Positions 39,067 to 51,277 are shown, numbered from the stretch's first letter. The stretch is DNA of 64,000 bases from Nitrospirota bacterium (GCA_963699545.1 CAVOUE010000005.1:32001-96000), one strand, 5' to 3'. The notes: generated by a model from the sequence alone, not told the origin. Made by a program: numbers and translations.

Positions 39067-39903
39067 TTACTTCCTCCCCTCGATGAACGGCATCGGATTA
39101 ATATGTTTACCATCCTTCCATATCTCATAATGGGAATGAGGTCCGGTGCTGCTTCCCGTTGTGCCGGAATAGGCGACGACCTCTCCCCTTTTCACATACT
39201 GGCCGACTTTTACGGAGTTGTGCTTGTTGTGCGCATAGAACGTGGAATAACCGAAGCCATGCTCCAGTGCCACGAGGTTGCCGCTTCCGCCACTCCACCC
39301 GGAAAAACTCACCACCCCGTCAGCGGTGGCCTTGACCACAGTTCCGGAACCGGTGGAGATATCTACGCCGGAGTGGAAATCATACCCTCCGCGAACAGGG
39401 TTCTCGCGCTTGCCATAGGGCGATGTAATATTCCCCTGCACCGGCCACCCCTTGGGGGTTGCCAGGTAAATGTCCTTCTGTTTCTTCAGGTACTCCCGGA
39501 TATCCGTTACCCGCTCCATGGTGTTCTTGATCTGGTCCTTCAACGCCTCCATATCAATGGAACCGCTGTCAGTGGTGCGGAGGTTCTCCAGCACCTTTTC
39601 CCTTGTCCCAAGGGAAAATAACCTCATGAACTCCGATTCAGACTTCTTCAGCGCATTCATTGTGGCGCTCAACTCCATAAACTGCCCGGAATAATAGTTC
39701 AGTTTTTCTTTCGTCTTACGATATTCAACGGTATTGACGGCCATTGATACAATATAGAGTGAGCCGATGAGCCAGAGGGCGACGGAAAGGACCACACCGA
39801 TGGAGGGAATCTTGAGGCTTAAATGCCTGGAACTGCTGTGGGGTATCAGCATAATAGTGATAGGAGTAAAAGCTTTTCGTAAGAACTTCCTGAACCTACT
39901 CAT
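39067..39903 (-). CDS. M23-family metallopeptidase
   Basis: FHSGVDI, YAH, STGPHSHYE. Confidence 0.93.
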   Translation of the reverse strand: MSRFRKFLRKAFTPITIMLIPHSSSRHLSLKIPSIGVVLSVALWLIGSLYIVSMAVNTVEYRKTKEKLNYYSGQFMELSATMNALKKSESEFMRLFSLGTREKVLENLRTTDSGSIDMEALKDQIKNTMERVTDIREYLKKQKDIYLATPKGWPVQGNITSPYGKRENPVRGGYDFHSGVDISTGSGTVVKATADGVVSFSGWSGGSGNLVALEHGFGYSTFYAHNKHNSVKVGQYVKRGEVVAYSGTTGSSTGPHSHYEIWKDGKHINPMPFIEGRK

Positions 39904-40936
39904 ACCTTACCTCCTTTCTACCGTGTACGACACTGCCTATTACACATGAATCAAAACCGCTCTCTTTTAAGAGAGAAAGCGAGATCTCAGCGTCCTTCTG
40001 AGGGACGACGATGATACAGCCGATCCCCATATTGAACGTTCCGGCCATGTCATCCGACGGAACGTTGCCCATTTCCCTGATGATCCGGAAGATGGGAGGA
40101 ACAGGCCAGGAACCTTTTTTCACTACTGCAGCGATCCCTTCCGGGAATATCCTCGGAAGATTCCCTGGAATCCCTCCGCCGGTGATATGGGCAATCCCTT
40201 TTACCCGCACCCTCTGTTTCAGCGCGCTGGTTGCCTTTGCATAAATCCGTGTGGGCTTCAGAAGTTCCTCACCGAGGGTCATCCCGATATCAGGGATATA
40301 GGAAGAGACGTCCATTCCGTTCACATCGAAGAAGACCTTTCTTGCCAGAGAATACCCATTGCTATGAAGGCCGGTGGAGAGAAGGCCGATAAGGCTGTCC
40401 CCCGTCTTTATTCCGGACCCGTCGATGATCGCCGATCTCTCAACAACTCCCACTGCGAACCCCGCCAGGTCATATTCGCCCTCCCGATAGAAGCCCGGCA
40501 TCTCAGCGGTCTCACCGCCGATAAGAGCGCACCCCGCCTCCGTGCAGCCATCCACTATCCCTTCGATCACCCCGGATGCCTTTTCCGGCGCAAGCTTTCC
40601 CGAGGCAAAATAGTCAAGGAAGAAGAGAGGTTCAGCACCGCTGGTGAGAATGTCGTTCACACACATGGCCACAAGGTCGATACCCACTGTATCGTGTCTG
40701 TCCATCATAAAGGCGATCTTCAGTTTCGTGCCGACCCCGTCGGTGCCGCTCACAAGCACGGGCTCCTTATATTTGGCAGTGTCCAGTTGAAAAAGGGCTC
40801 CGAAGGAACCGATGTCGGTAAGGACTTCGGGCCTGAAGGTCTTTCGAACGAGGGGCGAGATTAGTCTCACAAACCGCTCACCCTCCTCGATATCCACGCC
40901 AGCCCGTTTATAGGTGATTTCTTCCATTTGGTTCAT
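39896..40936 (-). CDS. purM: Phosphoribosylformylglycinamidine cyclo-ligase
   Basis: [47 protein letters not shown]. Confidence 0.97.
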   Translation of the reverse strand: MNQMEEITYKRAGVDIEEGERFVRLISPLVRKTFRPEVLTDIGSFGALFQLDTAKYKEPVLVSGTDGVGTKLKIAFMMDRHDTVGIDLVAMCVNDILTSGAEPLFFLDYFASGKLAPEKASGVIEGIVDGCTEAGCALIGGETAEMPGFYREGEYDLAGFAVGVVERSAIIDGSGIKTGDSLIGLLSTGLHSNGYSLARKVFFDVNGMDVSSYIPDIGMTLGEELLKPTRIYAKATSALKQRVRVKGIAHITGGGIPGNLPRIFPEGIAAVVKKGSWPVPPIFRIIREMGNVPSDDMAGTFNMGIGCIIVVPQKDAEISLSLLKESGFDSCVIGSVVHGRKEVRYE

Positions 40937-41125
40937 TCCCCTACCCCACAAAGAAATAAAGACCTGCCGGGCAGAGTACCTGCTTTATTTCAAGGAGGAT
41001 TACGGGATAGGGATATTGTGCATAAAGAGCGGTCAAAGTTCAAGGGTTTTTTGTCCGGTTCCGATTGCGTTGGGGAAACAAAAAATGTTAAACTGAAAAA
41101 ATTCAACGGAATCAAGGAGACTGCC

Positions 41126-42586
41126 ATGCCTGGAGAGAAGATTCCTGTAGGTCTGACGTTTGACGATGTGCTGCTCGTGCCCTCAAAATCCGATATCCTC
41201 CCCAGGGAGGTGGACATCAGAACCCGCCTGACAAAATCCATTACCGTGAATATCCCTCTCGTCAGCTCCGCCATGGACACGGTTACCGAGGCGGCCCTGG
41301 CTATTGCCATCGCGCGGGAAGGCGGTATGGGAATTGTCCACAGGGCCATGTCGCCCCAGAGGCAGGCGACCGAGGTGGACAAGGTCAAAAAGTCCGAGAG
41401 CGGTATGATCATCGACCCCATCACGATCATCCCTGACGCTCCCATATCCGAAGCGCTGAAACTCATGGAGAAATACAGGATATCAGGTGTTCCGGTCACT
41501 GTGCAGGGAAAGCTCATCGGCATCCTCACCAACCGGGACCTGAGGTTCGAGACGAAACTGACCAAGAAAGTCTCCGAGGTGATGACAAAAGAGCGGCTGA
41601 TAACCGCTGCTGTGGGTACCGGCATGGAAGAAGCAAAAGCGCTGTTACATAAATACAAGATAGAGAAGCTACCCATAGTGGACAGGAACTTCAATCTGAA
41701 AGGGCTTATCACCATCAAGGACATAGAGAAGCGAAGGAAATACCCCAATGCCTGCAAGGACAGTGTAGGAAGGCTCCGTGTGGGTGCGGCGGTTGGCGTT
41801 GGTGAGGAAGCCGTCTACCGGGCCGAGTTACTCGCGAAGGCGGGTGTTGATGTCATAGTCATCGACACCGCCCACGGCCACACAAAGACGGTCCTGGAGA
41901 CCATAAGGAATATCCGGAAGAAAGTTGACATGGATATCGTCGCAGGAAACGTTGGAACTGTTGAAGGGACCACAGATCTCGTTAAGGCGGGCGTTGACGC
42001 GATAAAAGTGGGGATCGGTCCGGGGTCGATATGCACCACAAGGATTGTGGCAGGCGCCGGCGTTCCGCAGATAACCGCGGTAATGAACTGTTATTCGGTG
42101 GCGAAAAGAAACAAGGTGCCGATCATTGCCGACGGTGGCGTGAAATACTCGGGTGACATCATAAAGGCCCTGGCGGCCGGAGCTCATTCCGTGATGATAG
42201 GAAGTCTTTTTGCGGGGACCGATGAGTCTCCCGGGGAGACGGTGCTCTACCAGGGGAGAAGTTATAAAGTATACAGGGGCATGGGTTCTCTGGGCGCCAT
42301 GGAACAGGGAGCCAGGGACCGCTACATGCAAGAAGGGGTCGAGGCAAAGAAGCTGGTCCCCGAAGGCGTGGAAGGCAGGGTTCCCCACAAGGGACCTCTT
42401 TCCCAGAGCGTCCATCAGCTCATCGGAGGCCTGCGTTCCGGCATGGGATATTGTGGCTGCAAGAATCTTGCGGAGCTGAGAAAGAAGGCAAAGTTCATCA
42501 GGATTACGACCGCGGGCCTCAGAGAGAGCCATGTGCACGATGTGATCATAACAAAAGAGGCTCCTAACTACAGGATAGAGCAGTAA
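41126..42586 (+). CDS. guaB: IMP dehydrogenase
   Basis: [20 protein letters not shown] pair, [17 protein letters not shown]. Confidence 0.98.
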   Translation: MPGEKIPVGLTFDDVLLVPSKSDILPREVDIRTRLTKSITVNIPLVSSAMDTVTEAALAIAIAREGGMGIVHRAMSPQRQATEVDKVKKSESGMIIDPITIIPDAPISEALKLMEKYRISGVPVTVQGKLIGILTNRDLRFETKLTKKVSEVMTKERLITAAVGTGMEEAKALLHKYKIEKLPIVDRNFNLKGLITIKDIEKRRKYPNACKDSVGRLRVGAAVGVGEEAVYRAELLAKAGVDVIVIDTAHGHTKTVLETIRNIRKKVDMDIVAGNVGTVEGTTDLVKAGVDAIKVGIGPGSICTTRIVAGAGVPQITAVMNCYSVAKRNKVPIIADGGVKYSGDIIKALAAGAHSVMIGSLFAGTDESPGETVLYQGRSYKVYRGMGSLGAMEQGARDRYMQEGVEAKKLVPEGVEGRVPHKGPLSQSVHQLIGGLRSGMGYCGCKNLAELRKKAKFIRITTAGLRESHVHDVIITKEAPNYRIEQ

Positions 42587-42720
42587 CAAATCGGGCAGGG
42601 AAATCCCGTGACGAGGTCATTACGTCATTGAGCAATTGAGGTATCATCTCCCGGTGCGTGAAGCATCTCGACTGAATCACGGCGCATGAGCAATGGCCTG
42701 ATAACGTGATAGCCAAAGAA

Positions 42721-44268
42721 ATGATGACGACCAATAATGACAGAATTCTCGTCCTCGATTTCGGATCCCAGTACACCCAGCTTATCGCCCGAAGAATAAG
42801 GGAAAGCAGGGTATATTCCGAGATATTCCCTTTTAACGCCCCAATGGAAAAGATCAGGTCTTTCGCCCCCCGGGGGATTGTCCTCTCGGGAGGACCTTCC
42901 AGTGTCTATGAGAGCGATGCCCCCATCCCTGACAGGGAGATTTTCGAGCTCGGCGTCCCGGTACTCGGCATCTGCTACGGGATGCAACTCATGGCCCACA
43001 TGCTGGGCGGGAAGGTGGCAAAGGCCCGGAAAAGGGAGTACGGGAAGTCGGAACTTACCGTGGACGACGATTCCGATCTCCTGGCGGGGATACCGGCGAA
43101 AAATGTGGTCTGGATGAGCCACGGGGACAGGATCGAGAAGACCCCCAGAGGGTTTCATGGTATTGCTCACACGGCGAATTCTCCCGTAGCCGCCATGTCC
43201 AACAGGGATCTCAGGTTTTATGCTCTTCAGTATCATCCTGAAGTGGTTCACACGATGAATGGCGCCAAAATACTCGGGAACTTCATTTCGAAGATATGCG
43301 GCTGCAGACCTACGTGGACGATGAAGTCCTTCATCGATACTGCGAAGAAGGAAATCCGGGAAAAGACGGCTGGCAAAAGAGTGCTGTGCGGAATTAGCGG
43401 TGGCGTAGACTCTGCAGTTACGGCGGTTCTTGTACACGAGGCCATAGGAGACGCCCTCACCTGCATCTTTGTGGATAATGGGCTGTTAAGGGCTGGCGAG
43501 TCAAAGAAGGTGGAAGATACCCTGCGCAGGTGCTTCCATATGAAGATACGCTGCGTGGATGCTTCGCCGAGATTCCTCTCAAGGCTCAGGGGAGTGACCG
43601 ACCCCGAAAGAAAGAGGAAGATCATCGGGAACGAATTCATCCGGGTCTTTGAAGAAGAGGCGATGAGGATCAGGAACGTCGGCTTCCTTGCACAGGGCAC
43701 CTTATATCCCGACGTGATCGAGAGCACTTCGTTCAAAGGGCCGTCGGCAACCATCAAGAGCCACCACAATGTGGGCGGCCTTCTCAAGAAAATGAAGCTG
43801 AAGCTTGTGGAACCGCTGAGGGAGCTCTTTAAGGATGAGGTGCGCCTACTGGGAAAAGAGCTCGGCATGCCCGGTGAGGTGATTCACCGGCAACCCTTCC
43901 CCGGTCCCGGGCTTGCCATACGCTGCATTGGAGATATAACGGAGGAAAGGCTGGTCACCCTGAGGAAGGCGGATACCATTGTCCTGGAAGAGATAAAGGC
44001 GGCTGGGTTATACAACAAGGTATGGCAGGCGTTTGCTGTGCTCCTGCCGGTAAAAAGCGTCGGCGTCATGGGCGACAGCAGGACCTATGACAATGTGATC
44101 GCGGTCAGAAGCGTTGAAAGCGTGGACGGCATGACGGCAGACTGGGCAAAGATTCCCTATGACGTCATGGGAAGGATATCGAGCAGGATCATCAACGAGG
44201 TGAAGGGAGTGAACAGGGTCGTATACGATATCACTTCCAAACCGCCCGGCACCATTGAATGGGAATGA
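42721..44268 (+). CDS. guaA: GMP synthase (glutamine-hydrolysing)
   Basis: [45 protein letters not shown]. Confidence 0.98.
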   Translation: MMTTNNDRILVLDFGSQYTQLIARRIRESRVYSEIFPFNAPMEKIRSFAPRGIVLSGGPSSVYESDAPIPDREIFELGVPVLGICYGMQLMAHMLGGKVAKARKREYGKSELTVDDDSDLLAGIPAKNVVWMSHGDRIEKTPRGFHGIAHTANSPVAAMSNRDLRFYALQYHPEVVHTMNGAKILGNFISKICGCRPTWTMKSFIDTAKKEIREKTAGKRVLCGISGGVDSAVTAVLVHEAIGDALTCIFVDNGLLRAGESKKVEDTLRRCFHMKIRCVDASPRFLSRLRGVTDPERKRKIIGNEFIRVFEEEAMRIRNVGFLAQGTLYPDVIESTSFKGPSATIKSHHNVGGLLKKMKLKLVEPLRELFKDEVRLLGKELGMPGEVIHRQPFPGPGLAIRCIGDITEERLVTLRKADTIVLEEIKAAGLYNKVWQAFAVLLPVKSVGVMGDSRTYDNVIAVRSVESVDGMTADWAKIPYDVMGRISSRIINEVKGVNRVVYDITSKPPGTIEWE

Positions 44269-44361
44269 TGCAACTGATTGGCTGGTAGCCAGGATCGGAC
44301 CGTGTTTTCGGTATGATTAATGAACCATGAACTATCAACAGTGAGCGGAGGTCCGGGACGC

Positions 44362-45252
44362 ATGGACATAACGACGTATCTCAAAGAGAAGAGAGCGCTT
44401 GTTGATGCATTCCTGAAAAAATACTTCGGCTCCCCTGTTCTCCCCGCGATCCTCAGCGATCCCATGACCTATTCCGTTTTTGCCGGAGGAAAAAGGATCA
44501 GACCTGTCCTTGCCCTTGCGTCCTGCGAGGCGTGTGGCGGGACTGCGGACGAGATCGTTCCCTTTGCCTCGGCCCTTGAGCTTATACACACCTACTCCCT
44601 TATCCACGATGATCTGCCGGCCATGGACAATGATGACCTCAGGCGGGGCAAGCCCACAAGCCACAAGGTCTTTGGCGAGGGGATGGCGATCCTCGCCGGT
44701 GACGCCCTTTTGACCGAAGCATTCTCTCTTCTTTCCAGTCACTCCCATTACGCCACGGGCATCAGGAGCAGTGCTGTGCTCAAGGTCATCCGTGAGGTCG
44801 CCATGGCAGCGGGCGCCCACGGGATGGTGGCAGGCCAGGCTGAAGATATACAGGCAGAAGGCGTGGGACAGGACAGCGAGAATCTTTCCTTCATCCATGC
44901 CCATAAAACAGGAGCTCTGATCACCGTGTCGGTGAGAATGGGGGCGATCCTCGCCAATGCGGGAAAGAAAAGGATCGCATCCCTGACGCGATACGGGGAA
45001 AGCATCGGCCTCGCCTTTCAGATCGTCGATGACATTCTGGACATAAGGGGAGACAGCGCAGCACTGGGCAAGCCTACGGGTTCTGATGAGAGGAAGAGGA
45101 AATTAACCTATCCGGGTCTCTACGGCATCGACCTCTCCATGAGAAAGGCCGAGGGTCTTGCACGGGATGCCGTCCATGCCCTTGCCGATTTCTCCCACGA
45201 AGCTGATCCCCTCAGGGAGATCGCCCGTTACATCCCGCGAAGGACAAGTTGA
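44362..45252 (+). CDS. ispA: Farnesyl/geranylgeranyl diphosphate synthase
   Basis: GGKRIRP, LIHDDLPAMDNDDLRRGKP, FQIVDDILD. Confidence 0.95.
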   Translation: MDITTYLKEKRALVDAFLKKYFGSPVLPAILSDPMTYSVFAGGKRIRPVLALASCEACGGTADEIVPFASALELIHTYSLIHDDLPAMDNDDLRRGKPTSHKVFGEGMAILAGDALLTEAFSLLSSHSHYATGIRSSAVLKVIREVAMAAGAHGMVAGQAEDIQAEGVGQDSENLSFIHAHKTGALITVSVRMGAILANAGKKRIASLTRYGESIGLAFQIVDDILDIRGDSAALGKPTGSDERKRKLTYPGLYGIDLSMRKAEGLARDAVHALADFSHEADPLREIARYIPRRTS

Positions 45253-45265
45253 GCGTACGGCGAAG

Positions 45266-47149
45266 ATGCTTATAGAAAATATTCAATCCCCTGACGATCT
45301 GAAGAGACTTTCCCGTGATCAACTCCCCCTCCTTGCCGAGGAGCTGAGGGGACTGATTATCGGACATGTCTCCTGCGGAGGCGGGCATCTGGCATCCAAC
45401 CTCGGAGTGGTGGAGCTGACCATCGCCCTCCACTATGTCTTTCATACGCCCGCAGACAAGATCATCTGGGATGTGGGTCATCAATCCTATCCTCACAAAC
45501 TCATCACCGGAAGATACCGGGTGTTCTCGACCCTGAGGAAGTTCGGAGGTCTTTCCGGTTTTCCGAGGATCGCAGAAAGCCCCTTCGATGCCTTCGGCAC
45601 AGGACACAGTTCCACGTCCATTTCGGCTGCCGTGGGAATGATCGAGGCGCGGGACAAGCGGGGAGAGCGCTTTAAGGTGATCCCTGTGATCGGCGACGGT
45701 GCGATGACCTCGGGCCTCGCCTTTGAAGGGCTGAACCACGCGGGACAGCTGAAGAAGGACATTATCGTCATCCTCAATGACAATGAGATGTCCATTTCGA
45801 GGAACGTGGGGGCCCTTTCGGCCTATCTCAACAGGATACTCAGTGCAGAGGCTTATCAGCGCTTCAAGAAGGAGACGAAGTTCCTGATCGAGCAGATACC
45901 GAAGGTTGGCGGGCAGGTATCGAAGATGGCCCAGCGCGCTGAAGAGTCCCTCAAGGGGCTTCTCCCCGGCATGTTGTTCAGGGAGTTGGGGTTCAACTAT
46001 ATCGGCCCCGTAGACGGCCATAACATGGAATTGCTCATCGAGACCTTTTCCAAGGTCAGGACCGCTGATGAACCCACTCTGGTCCATGTGATAACAAAGA
46101 AGGGGCGAGGGTACCCCTTTTCGGAAAAGGATCCCTGCGTTTTCCACGGCATCGGCCCCTTTGATATGGATACCGGCGAAGTGACCTCCGATACCACGGT
46201 GCCCGCATACAGCACCGTGTTCGGAGAAGCGATAACCGAGTTGGCAAGGAAAGATATCAGGCTCGTTGCCATATCCGCGGCGATGCGTGAAGGGACCGGG
46301 CTTGATGTCTTCGCGGAGACGTTTCCCGAGAGGTTTTATGACGTGGGTATCGCAGAGCCCCATGCGGTCACCTTTGCTGCCGGCCTCGCCGCTCAGGGAC
46401 TCCGACCGGTGGTCGCAATTTATTCGACGTTTCTCCAGCGGGCCTATGACGAGATTGTTCATGACGTCTGTTTGCAGAACCTCCCGGTGATCTTTGCCAT
46501 TGACCGTGCCGGCATCGTGGGAGAGGACGGTGCGACACACCAGGGCCTCTTTGATATCTCCTACCTGAGGCATATCCCCAATCTCCTGATCATGTCCCCG
46601 AAGGACGGATCAGAGCTTAAGAAGATGCTGCGACTTGCGCTTCAGCATGATGGCCCCTCGGCCATACGGTATCCACGGGGGAAGGCAAGAGAGATCGCCG
46701 GGTACCCGCTCGAAGATACGGAAGTGAGGATTGGCAAGGCAGAGATGCTCACGGACGGCAATGATATCGCACTTATAGCTATCGGCAATACCGTCCGTCC
46801 TGCCCTGAAGGCGGCTCAGATGCTGGAGCGCGACGCTATCGGCGCCTGTGTCATCAATGCCCGCTTTGTTAAGCCCCTTGACGAATCGCTTGTCCTCTCC
46901 GTGTCCGGAAGAATAAAAAAGGTTGTTACCGTTGAGGAGAATGTTCTCGCCGGCGGTTTCGGCTCCGCGGTCCTGGAATGTCTCGCCGGGGCTGGAATGA
47001 CCGGCGTATCAGTGAAAAGGATCGGGATCGGTAACGAGTTCGTGGAACACGGATCCCAGGCTATCCTGCGGAAGGAATACGGCCTGGACGAAGAAGGGAT
47101 TTATCGGATATGCAAGGCGCACTTCGCAGCCCTGCCCTTTCCTTACTGA
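45266..47149 (+). CDS. dxs: 1-deoxy-D-xylulose-5-phosphate synthase
   Basis: GGHLASNLG, WDVGHQSY, GHSSTSIS, GDGA...NDNEMSIS, DRAGIVGEDGATH. Confidence 0.98.
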   Translation: MLIENIQSPDDLKRLSRDQLPLLAEELRGLIIGHVSCGGGHLASNLGVVELTIALHYVFHTPADKIIWDVGHQSYPHKLITGRYRVFSTLRKFGGLSGFPRIAESPFDAFGTGHSSTSISAAVGMIEARDKRGERFKVIPVIGDGAMTSGLAFEGLNHAGQLKKDIIVILNDNEMSISRNVGALSAYLNRILSAEAYQRFKKETKFLIEQIPKVGGQVSKMAQRAEESLKGLLPGMLFRELGFNYIGPVDGHNMELLIETFSKVRTADEPTLVHVITKKGRGYPFSEKDPCVFHGIGPFDMDTGEVTSDTTVPAYSTVFGEAITELARKDIRLVAISAAMREGTGLDVFAETFPERFYDVGIAEPHAVTFAAGLAAQGLRPVVAIYSTFLQRAYDEIVHDVCLQNLPVIFAIDRAGIVGEDGATHQGLFDISYLRHIPNLLIMSPKDGSELKKMLRLALQHDGPSAIRYPRGKAREIAGYPLEDTEVRIGKAEMLTDGNDIALIAIGNTVRPALKAAQMLERDAIGACVINARFVKPLDESLVLSVSGRIKKVVTVEENVLAGGFGSAVLECLAGAGMTGVSVKRIGIGNEFVEHGSQAILRKEYGLDEEGIYRICKAHFAALPFPY

Positions 47150-47150
47150 T

Positions 47151-47924
47151 CTATTTGACTTTGAACTTCGGCGTTCTTTTCTCGAGGAAAGCGGTTATGC
47201 CTTCCCGGTGATCCTGCGTAGCGAAACAATCCGAGAACGACACGATCTCGCGCTCAAGCCCCCTCGCTAAATCCACATTCTCATTGATCAGCTTCTTGAA
47301 AGTTGCAATAGCCAAGGGGCTTTTTTCTGCAATGAGGCGTGCCATTTCCTCAGTATGCTTGATCAGTTCGTTGTCTTTCACGACACTGTTCACAAGGCCG
47401 ATCGCTTTGGCCTCGTCCGCATCGATGAACCGTCCGGTGAGGATCAATTCTTTTGCCTTTGCGGCACCCACAAGCCTCGGCAGGCGCTGAGTGCCTCCGA
47501 ACCCCGGGATGAGCCCGAGGTTCAGTTCGGGGTGACCGAAGCGGGCATTCCGGGACGCTATCCGCATATCACATGCAAGGGCGAGTTCGCAGCCTCCACC
47601 TAGGGCGAAGCCCTTCACTGCTGCGATCACCACCTTTTCCATGGTTTCGATGATCGTGCAGACGTGATGGCCAAGCCTCGCAAAAATATCCGCTTCCTCC
47701 GGGGTCTTATCCTTCATCTCTCTAATATCAGCCCCCACGCTGAAATTCTTTTCGCCTGTTATGATCAGCACTCTTGTCCGGTCATCCTTTTCAAGGTCGA
47801 GGAGGCACTGGCTGAGGTCATGAAGCGTTCCCGTGTCAAGGATGTTCATGCCGTCAGGCCTGCTCAACGTCAGGATGCTTATCCCGTCCTTCTTTTCCGT
47901 CCTTATCAGTTCACCGGTATTCAT
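47151..47924 (-). CDS. Enoyl-CoA hydratase (crotonase)
   Basis: FSVGADI, ALGGGCELALACD, PELNLGLIPGFGGTQRL. Confidence 0.93.
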   Translation of the reverse strand: MNTGELIRTEKKDGISILTLSRPDGMNILDTGTLHDLSQCLLDLEKDDRTRVLIITGEKNFSVGADIREMKDKTPEEADIFARLGHHVCTIIETMEKVVIAAVKGFALGGGCELALACDMRIASRNARFGHPELNLGLIPGFGGTQRLPRLVGAAKAKELILTGRFIDADEAKAIGLVNSVVKDNELIKHTEEMARLIAEKSPLAIATFKKLINENVDLARGLEREIVSFSDCFATQDHREGITAFLEKRTPKFKVK

Positions 47925-48771
47925 AGAACCCCTCCCCGCTCTTTCTTCCGAGCTTTCCTGCTGAGACCATTGTCACCAGCAAAGGACACGGTCTGTATTT
48001 ATCTCCCAGCTCCGCGTGAAGTATTTCCAGTATCTCAAGGCATATATCCAGGCCCATGAGATCGGCCAGCTCAAAGGGTCCCATTGGATGGCGTGCTCCC
48101 AGCTTCATAATGGTATCAATGCCGTCCCTCGAAGCCACTCCTTCACGGAGACAGTACATGGCATCATTGATCATAGTCATGAGAACGCGGCTTATGATGA
48201 AGCCCGGAGAGTCATTGACCACTACCGGTGTTTTCCCCATTTTTTCGGACACCGCACGTATCGTATGGACCGTGTCATCGGAAGTGAGCGGGCCCTTAAC
48301 GATCTCCACAAGCTTCATGATATACGGAGGGTTCATGAAATGCATGCCCGCAAAACGCCCGGGTCTCCGGGCAGCGTGAGCAACTTTTGCGATGGGAATA
48401 GCAGAGGTGTTGGAGGTGAAGACCGTCTCTCCGCGGCAGAGCGTCTCCAGCTCCTTGAATATCTCTTTTTTTGTCTCTTCCTTTTCTGCTGCAGCCTCGA
48501 TGACGAAATCAGCTTCGCGGCATTCCCGGAGGCTTGAAACAGGCCTTATACGGGAAAGGACATTCTCCTTTTCCGTGTCATCCATTTTCGCTTCGGCCAC
48601 CCTTTGTACGAGCCGCTCTCTTATTCTGTCGAAGCCCCTTCTCACATATTCATCCGTCACGTCTTCAAGAAGAACCTCAAAACCCGCCTGGGCAGCTGCC
48701 TGCGCTATGCCTCCTCCCATGGTTCCCGCTCCGATAACCGCTATTCTTTTGATGTCCGCGCTCATCATCAA
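47911..48771 (-). CDS. 3-hydroxyacyl(butyryl)-CoA dehydrogenase
   Basis: GAGTMGGGIA, SNTS, GMHFMNP, HPMGPFELAD, GRKSGEGFY. Confidence 0.95.
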   Translation of the reverse strand: MMMSADIKRIAVIGAGTMGGGIAQAAAQAGFEVLLEDVTDEYVRRGFDRIRERLVQRVAEAKMDDTEKENVLSRIRPVSSLRECREADFVIEAAAEKEETKKEIFKELETLCRGETVFTSNTSAIPIAKVAHAARRPGRFAGMHFMNPPYIMKLVEIVKGPLTSDDTVHTIRAVSEKMGKTPVVVNDSPGFIISRVLMTMINDAMYCLREGVASRDGIDTIMKLGARHPMGPFELADLMGLDICLEILEILHAELGDKYRPCPLLVTMVSAGKLGRKSGEGFYEYR

Positions 48772-49937
48772 GCCTCTTTCAATGCCCGATGCGCGATCAG
48801 CAGCCTCAACATATCTGAAGTCCCCTCGCCGATGGTAAGTCCCCTGGCATCCCTCCAGTGGCGGTGGACATCGTAGGCGTCAATATATCCGTACCCGCCG
48901 TGCATCTGTATGGCATTGTCGCATACCCTCAGGGCCATTTCCGAGGAATAAAGCTTGGCCTGGCATGCTTCGGACACCATGTCCTTCCCCCGGTCCTTCA
49001 GGAATGCCGCATGGGCCACAAGAAGACGGGCAGCATTGATCTCGGTCACCATGTTGGCCAGTTTCTCCTGGACAAGCTGGAACTCAGCTATGCTTTGGCC
49101 GAAGGCCTTTCTCCCCTTGCTGTAAGAAAGAGATCTCTCATAGGCTGCCTGCGCTATGCCGACCGCTATCGCTCCGATGGTCACCCGCCCCGCATTAAGG
49201 ATCTCTTTTGCATATTCAAGCCCCTCCCCTTCTTCTCCCAGGAGGTCTTCCTCGGGAATTTCACACTTCTCAAAATGTATGGCGGACAACCTGTTGCCCT
49301 TCAATCCAAGTTTAGGTATGTCTTTCATGACCTTCATCCCTGACGACCCGCCGGGAACAATAAACAGGGAAATGCCCTTAACGGTTCTTGCAAAAACAAG
49401 GATGAAGTCCGCTTCTCCGGGGTTCGTTATTAACGACTTACTGCCCGTCAGGATGTACCTATCCCCCGAGAGTTCCGCCTTTGTCTGGATGGCCTTTGCA
49501 TCAGAGCCACAGCACGGCTCTGTGAGGGCAAAGGCAGCGAGCCTTCCTCCCCCCACGAGGCCATACTCCTTAAGATACGTGTTCCTCTGGCGGTCATCCC
49601 CGAAGAGGCGAATCCCTTCGCAGACCATTCCCTGAACAGATACCTGAAGTGCAGTATTTGCGCATGCCTTTGCCAGGGTCTCGATGGCTGCAGTATAGAC
49701 GGGGACAGGAAAGCCAAGCCCGTTCATGCTCCGGGGAAAGGGCATGGCCATGATTCCATGGCTCCGCAACTTGACCAAATTCTCCCTTGGAAACATCCCT
49801 TCCTGATCCACTGTTTTTGCATGGGGCAGAATTTCTTTTTCGACGAAGTCCCCAAACGACCCGAGAACCCGATGATATTGTTCTGCCTCGGGAATAATCA
49901 TATCCAGGACATCCCTTTGCTCTTTAATGTATCCCAT
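48768..49937 (-). CDS. Acyl-CoA dehydrogenase
   Basis: FALTEPCCGSDA, RKAFG, IQMHGGYGY, IGEGTS. Confidence 0.93.
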   Translation of the reverse strand: MGYIKEQRDVLDMIIPEAEQYHRVLGSFGDFVEKEILPHAKTVDQEGMFPRENLVKLRSHGIMAMPFPRSMNGLGFPVPVYTAAIETLAKACANTALQVSVQGMVCEGIRLFGDDRQRNTYLKEYGLVGGGRLAAFALTEPCCGSDAKAIQTKAELSGDRYILTGSKSLITNPGEADFILVFARTVKGISLFIVPGGSSGMKVMKDIPKLGLKGNRLSAIHFEKCEIPEEDLLGEEGEGLEYAKEILNAGRVTIGAIAVGIAQAAYERSLSYSKGRKAFGQSIAEFQLVQEKLANMVTEINAARLLVAHAAFLKDRGKDMVSEACQAKLYSSEMALRVCDNAIQMHGGYGYIDAYDVHRHWRDARGLTIGEGTSDMLRLLIAHRALKEA

Positions 49938-49990
49938 AGATTCTTTTCTCCACTGATTGTTTGTGCAGCGTGACGGGGAAAATCAGCACG

Positions 49991-51169
49991 TCATACCGTT
50001 TCAACGATCATTGCCACCGCGTTTCCTCCGCCGAGGCAGAGGGTCGCAAGTCCCCTCTTGAGCCCCCTTCCCTTCAAGGCGTAAAGGAGTGTGACAAGGA
50101 TACGTGCGCCGCTGCATCCAACGGGATGTCCCATGGCAACAGCGCCGCCATGCACATTGAATTTTGCAGGGTCGATCTTCAGTTCCCTTGCCACGGCAAT
50201 GGAAGCGGTGGAATATGCTTCGTTATGTTCTACAAGGTCCATGTCCTCAATGGAGAAGCCTGTCTTTTTCAGCAGTCCCCTCACCACAGGAACGGGTGCT
50301 TCCATCACATCCTCCGGTCTTGTTCCTCCCACGGCGTACCCTATTATCCTGGCAAGAGGCCTCGTTCCAAGCTCTGCGACTTTCTTCTCCGAAGCTACGA
50401 CTAGGGCAGCGGCACCGTCGCTGAGCTTCGAGCTGTTTCCTGCGGTGAGGATACCGTTTTTTTTGAAAACGGCAGGAAGTGTCGAGAGTTTTTCCAGGGA
50501 AGTATCCTCGCGGACACATTCGTCCCTCTCAACTGCCATACCCCGGACTTCAACGGGGAGTATTTCTTCACTGAAGCCGCCGCTCCCGATAGCCTTCAGG
50601 GCCTTTTGGTGGCTCATGAAAGCGAACTGGTCGGCTTCTTCCCTTGTGACTCCGTATTTTTCCGCGATCCTCTCTCCGGTGATGGCCATATGATAGTCGT
50701 TATAGACATCCCACAGGCCGTCATGGATCATAGCATCGGTGACAGAGGCATCCCCGAATTTTACACCCCCCCATCGCAGATTCCTGATGAGATGGGGGGA
50801 GGCGCTCATATTTTCCATACCCCCGGCTGCAATGATATCAGCGTCCCCTGCCTTTATGACCTGGGCGGCCAGCATCACCGCTTTCAGACCGGAGCCGCAG
50901 ACTTTATTTACGGTGAAGGAACCGATCTCCACGGGAAGACCGGCATAGATGGCGGCCTGCCGCGCAGGGTTCTGGCCGAGACCGGCAGAGATCACGTTGC
51001 CCATAATGACCTCCTCCACTTCGTGCTTCCCCGCCCCTGCCCTTTTGAGGGCTTCCTCGATCACCATGGCCCCCAGCCTCTGGGCAGGAATGTCCTTGAA
51101 CGCCCTGCCGAATCTGCCTACGGCTGTCCTTACGCCACTTACAAGGAAGACGTCCCCATTCACCCGCAC
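49991..51169 (-). CDS. Acetyl-CoA acetyltransferase (thiolase)
   Basis: NKVCGSGL, GGMENMS, NEAY, GHPVGCSG, CLGGG. Confidence 0.95.
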   Translation of the reverse strand: MRVNGDVFLVSGVRTAVGRFGRAFKDIPAQRLGAMVIEEALKRAGAGKHEVEEVIMGNVISAGLGQNPARQAAIYAGLPVEIGSFTVNKVCGSGLKAVMLAAQVIKAGDADIIAAGGMENMSASPHLIRNLRWGGVKFGDASVTDAMIHDGLWDVYNDYHMAITGERIAEKYGVTREEADQFAFMSHQKALKAIGSGGFSEEILPVEVRGMAVERDECVREDTSLEKLSTLPAVFKKNGILTAGNSSKLSDGAAALVVASEKKVAELGTRPLARIIGYAVGGTRPEDVMEAPVPVVRGLLKKTGFSIEDMDLVEHNEAYSTASIAVARELKIDPAKFNVHGGAVAMGHPVGCSGARILVTLLYALKGRGLKRGLATLCLGGGNAVAMIVETV

Positions 51170-51277
51170 TCTCCTCTGTCCTATGCAGTTTTTTCTATCC
51201 CTGATATAATCTTCATTATAGAGGAAAAATCTGCTGTGTAAACATTAAAAACACCCGGTGCATGCTGAAGGAGGGCA

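Noticed and set aside
42587-42720. guaB-guaA spacer as a purine riboswitch
   Set aside because: Purine aptamer consensus not found; only weak pairing
45212-46573. 453-aa minus-strand ORF
   Set aside because: Antisense shadow of dxs
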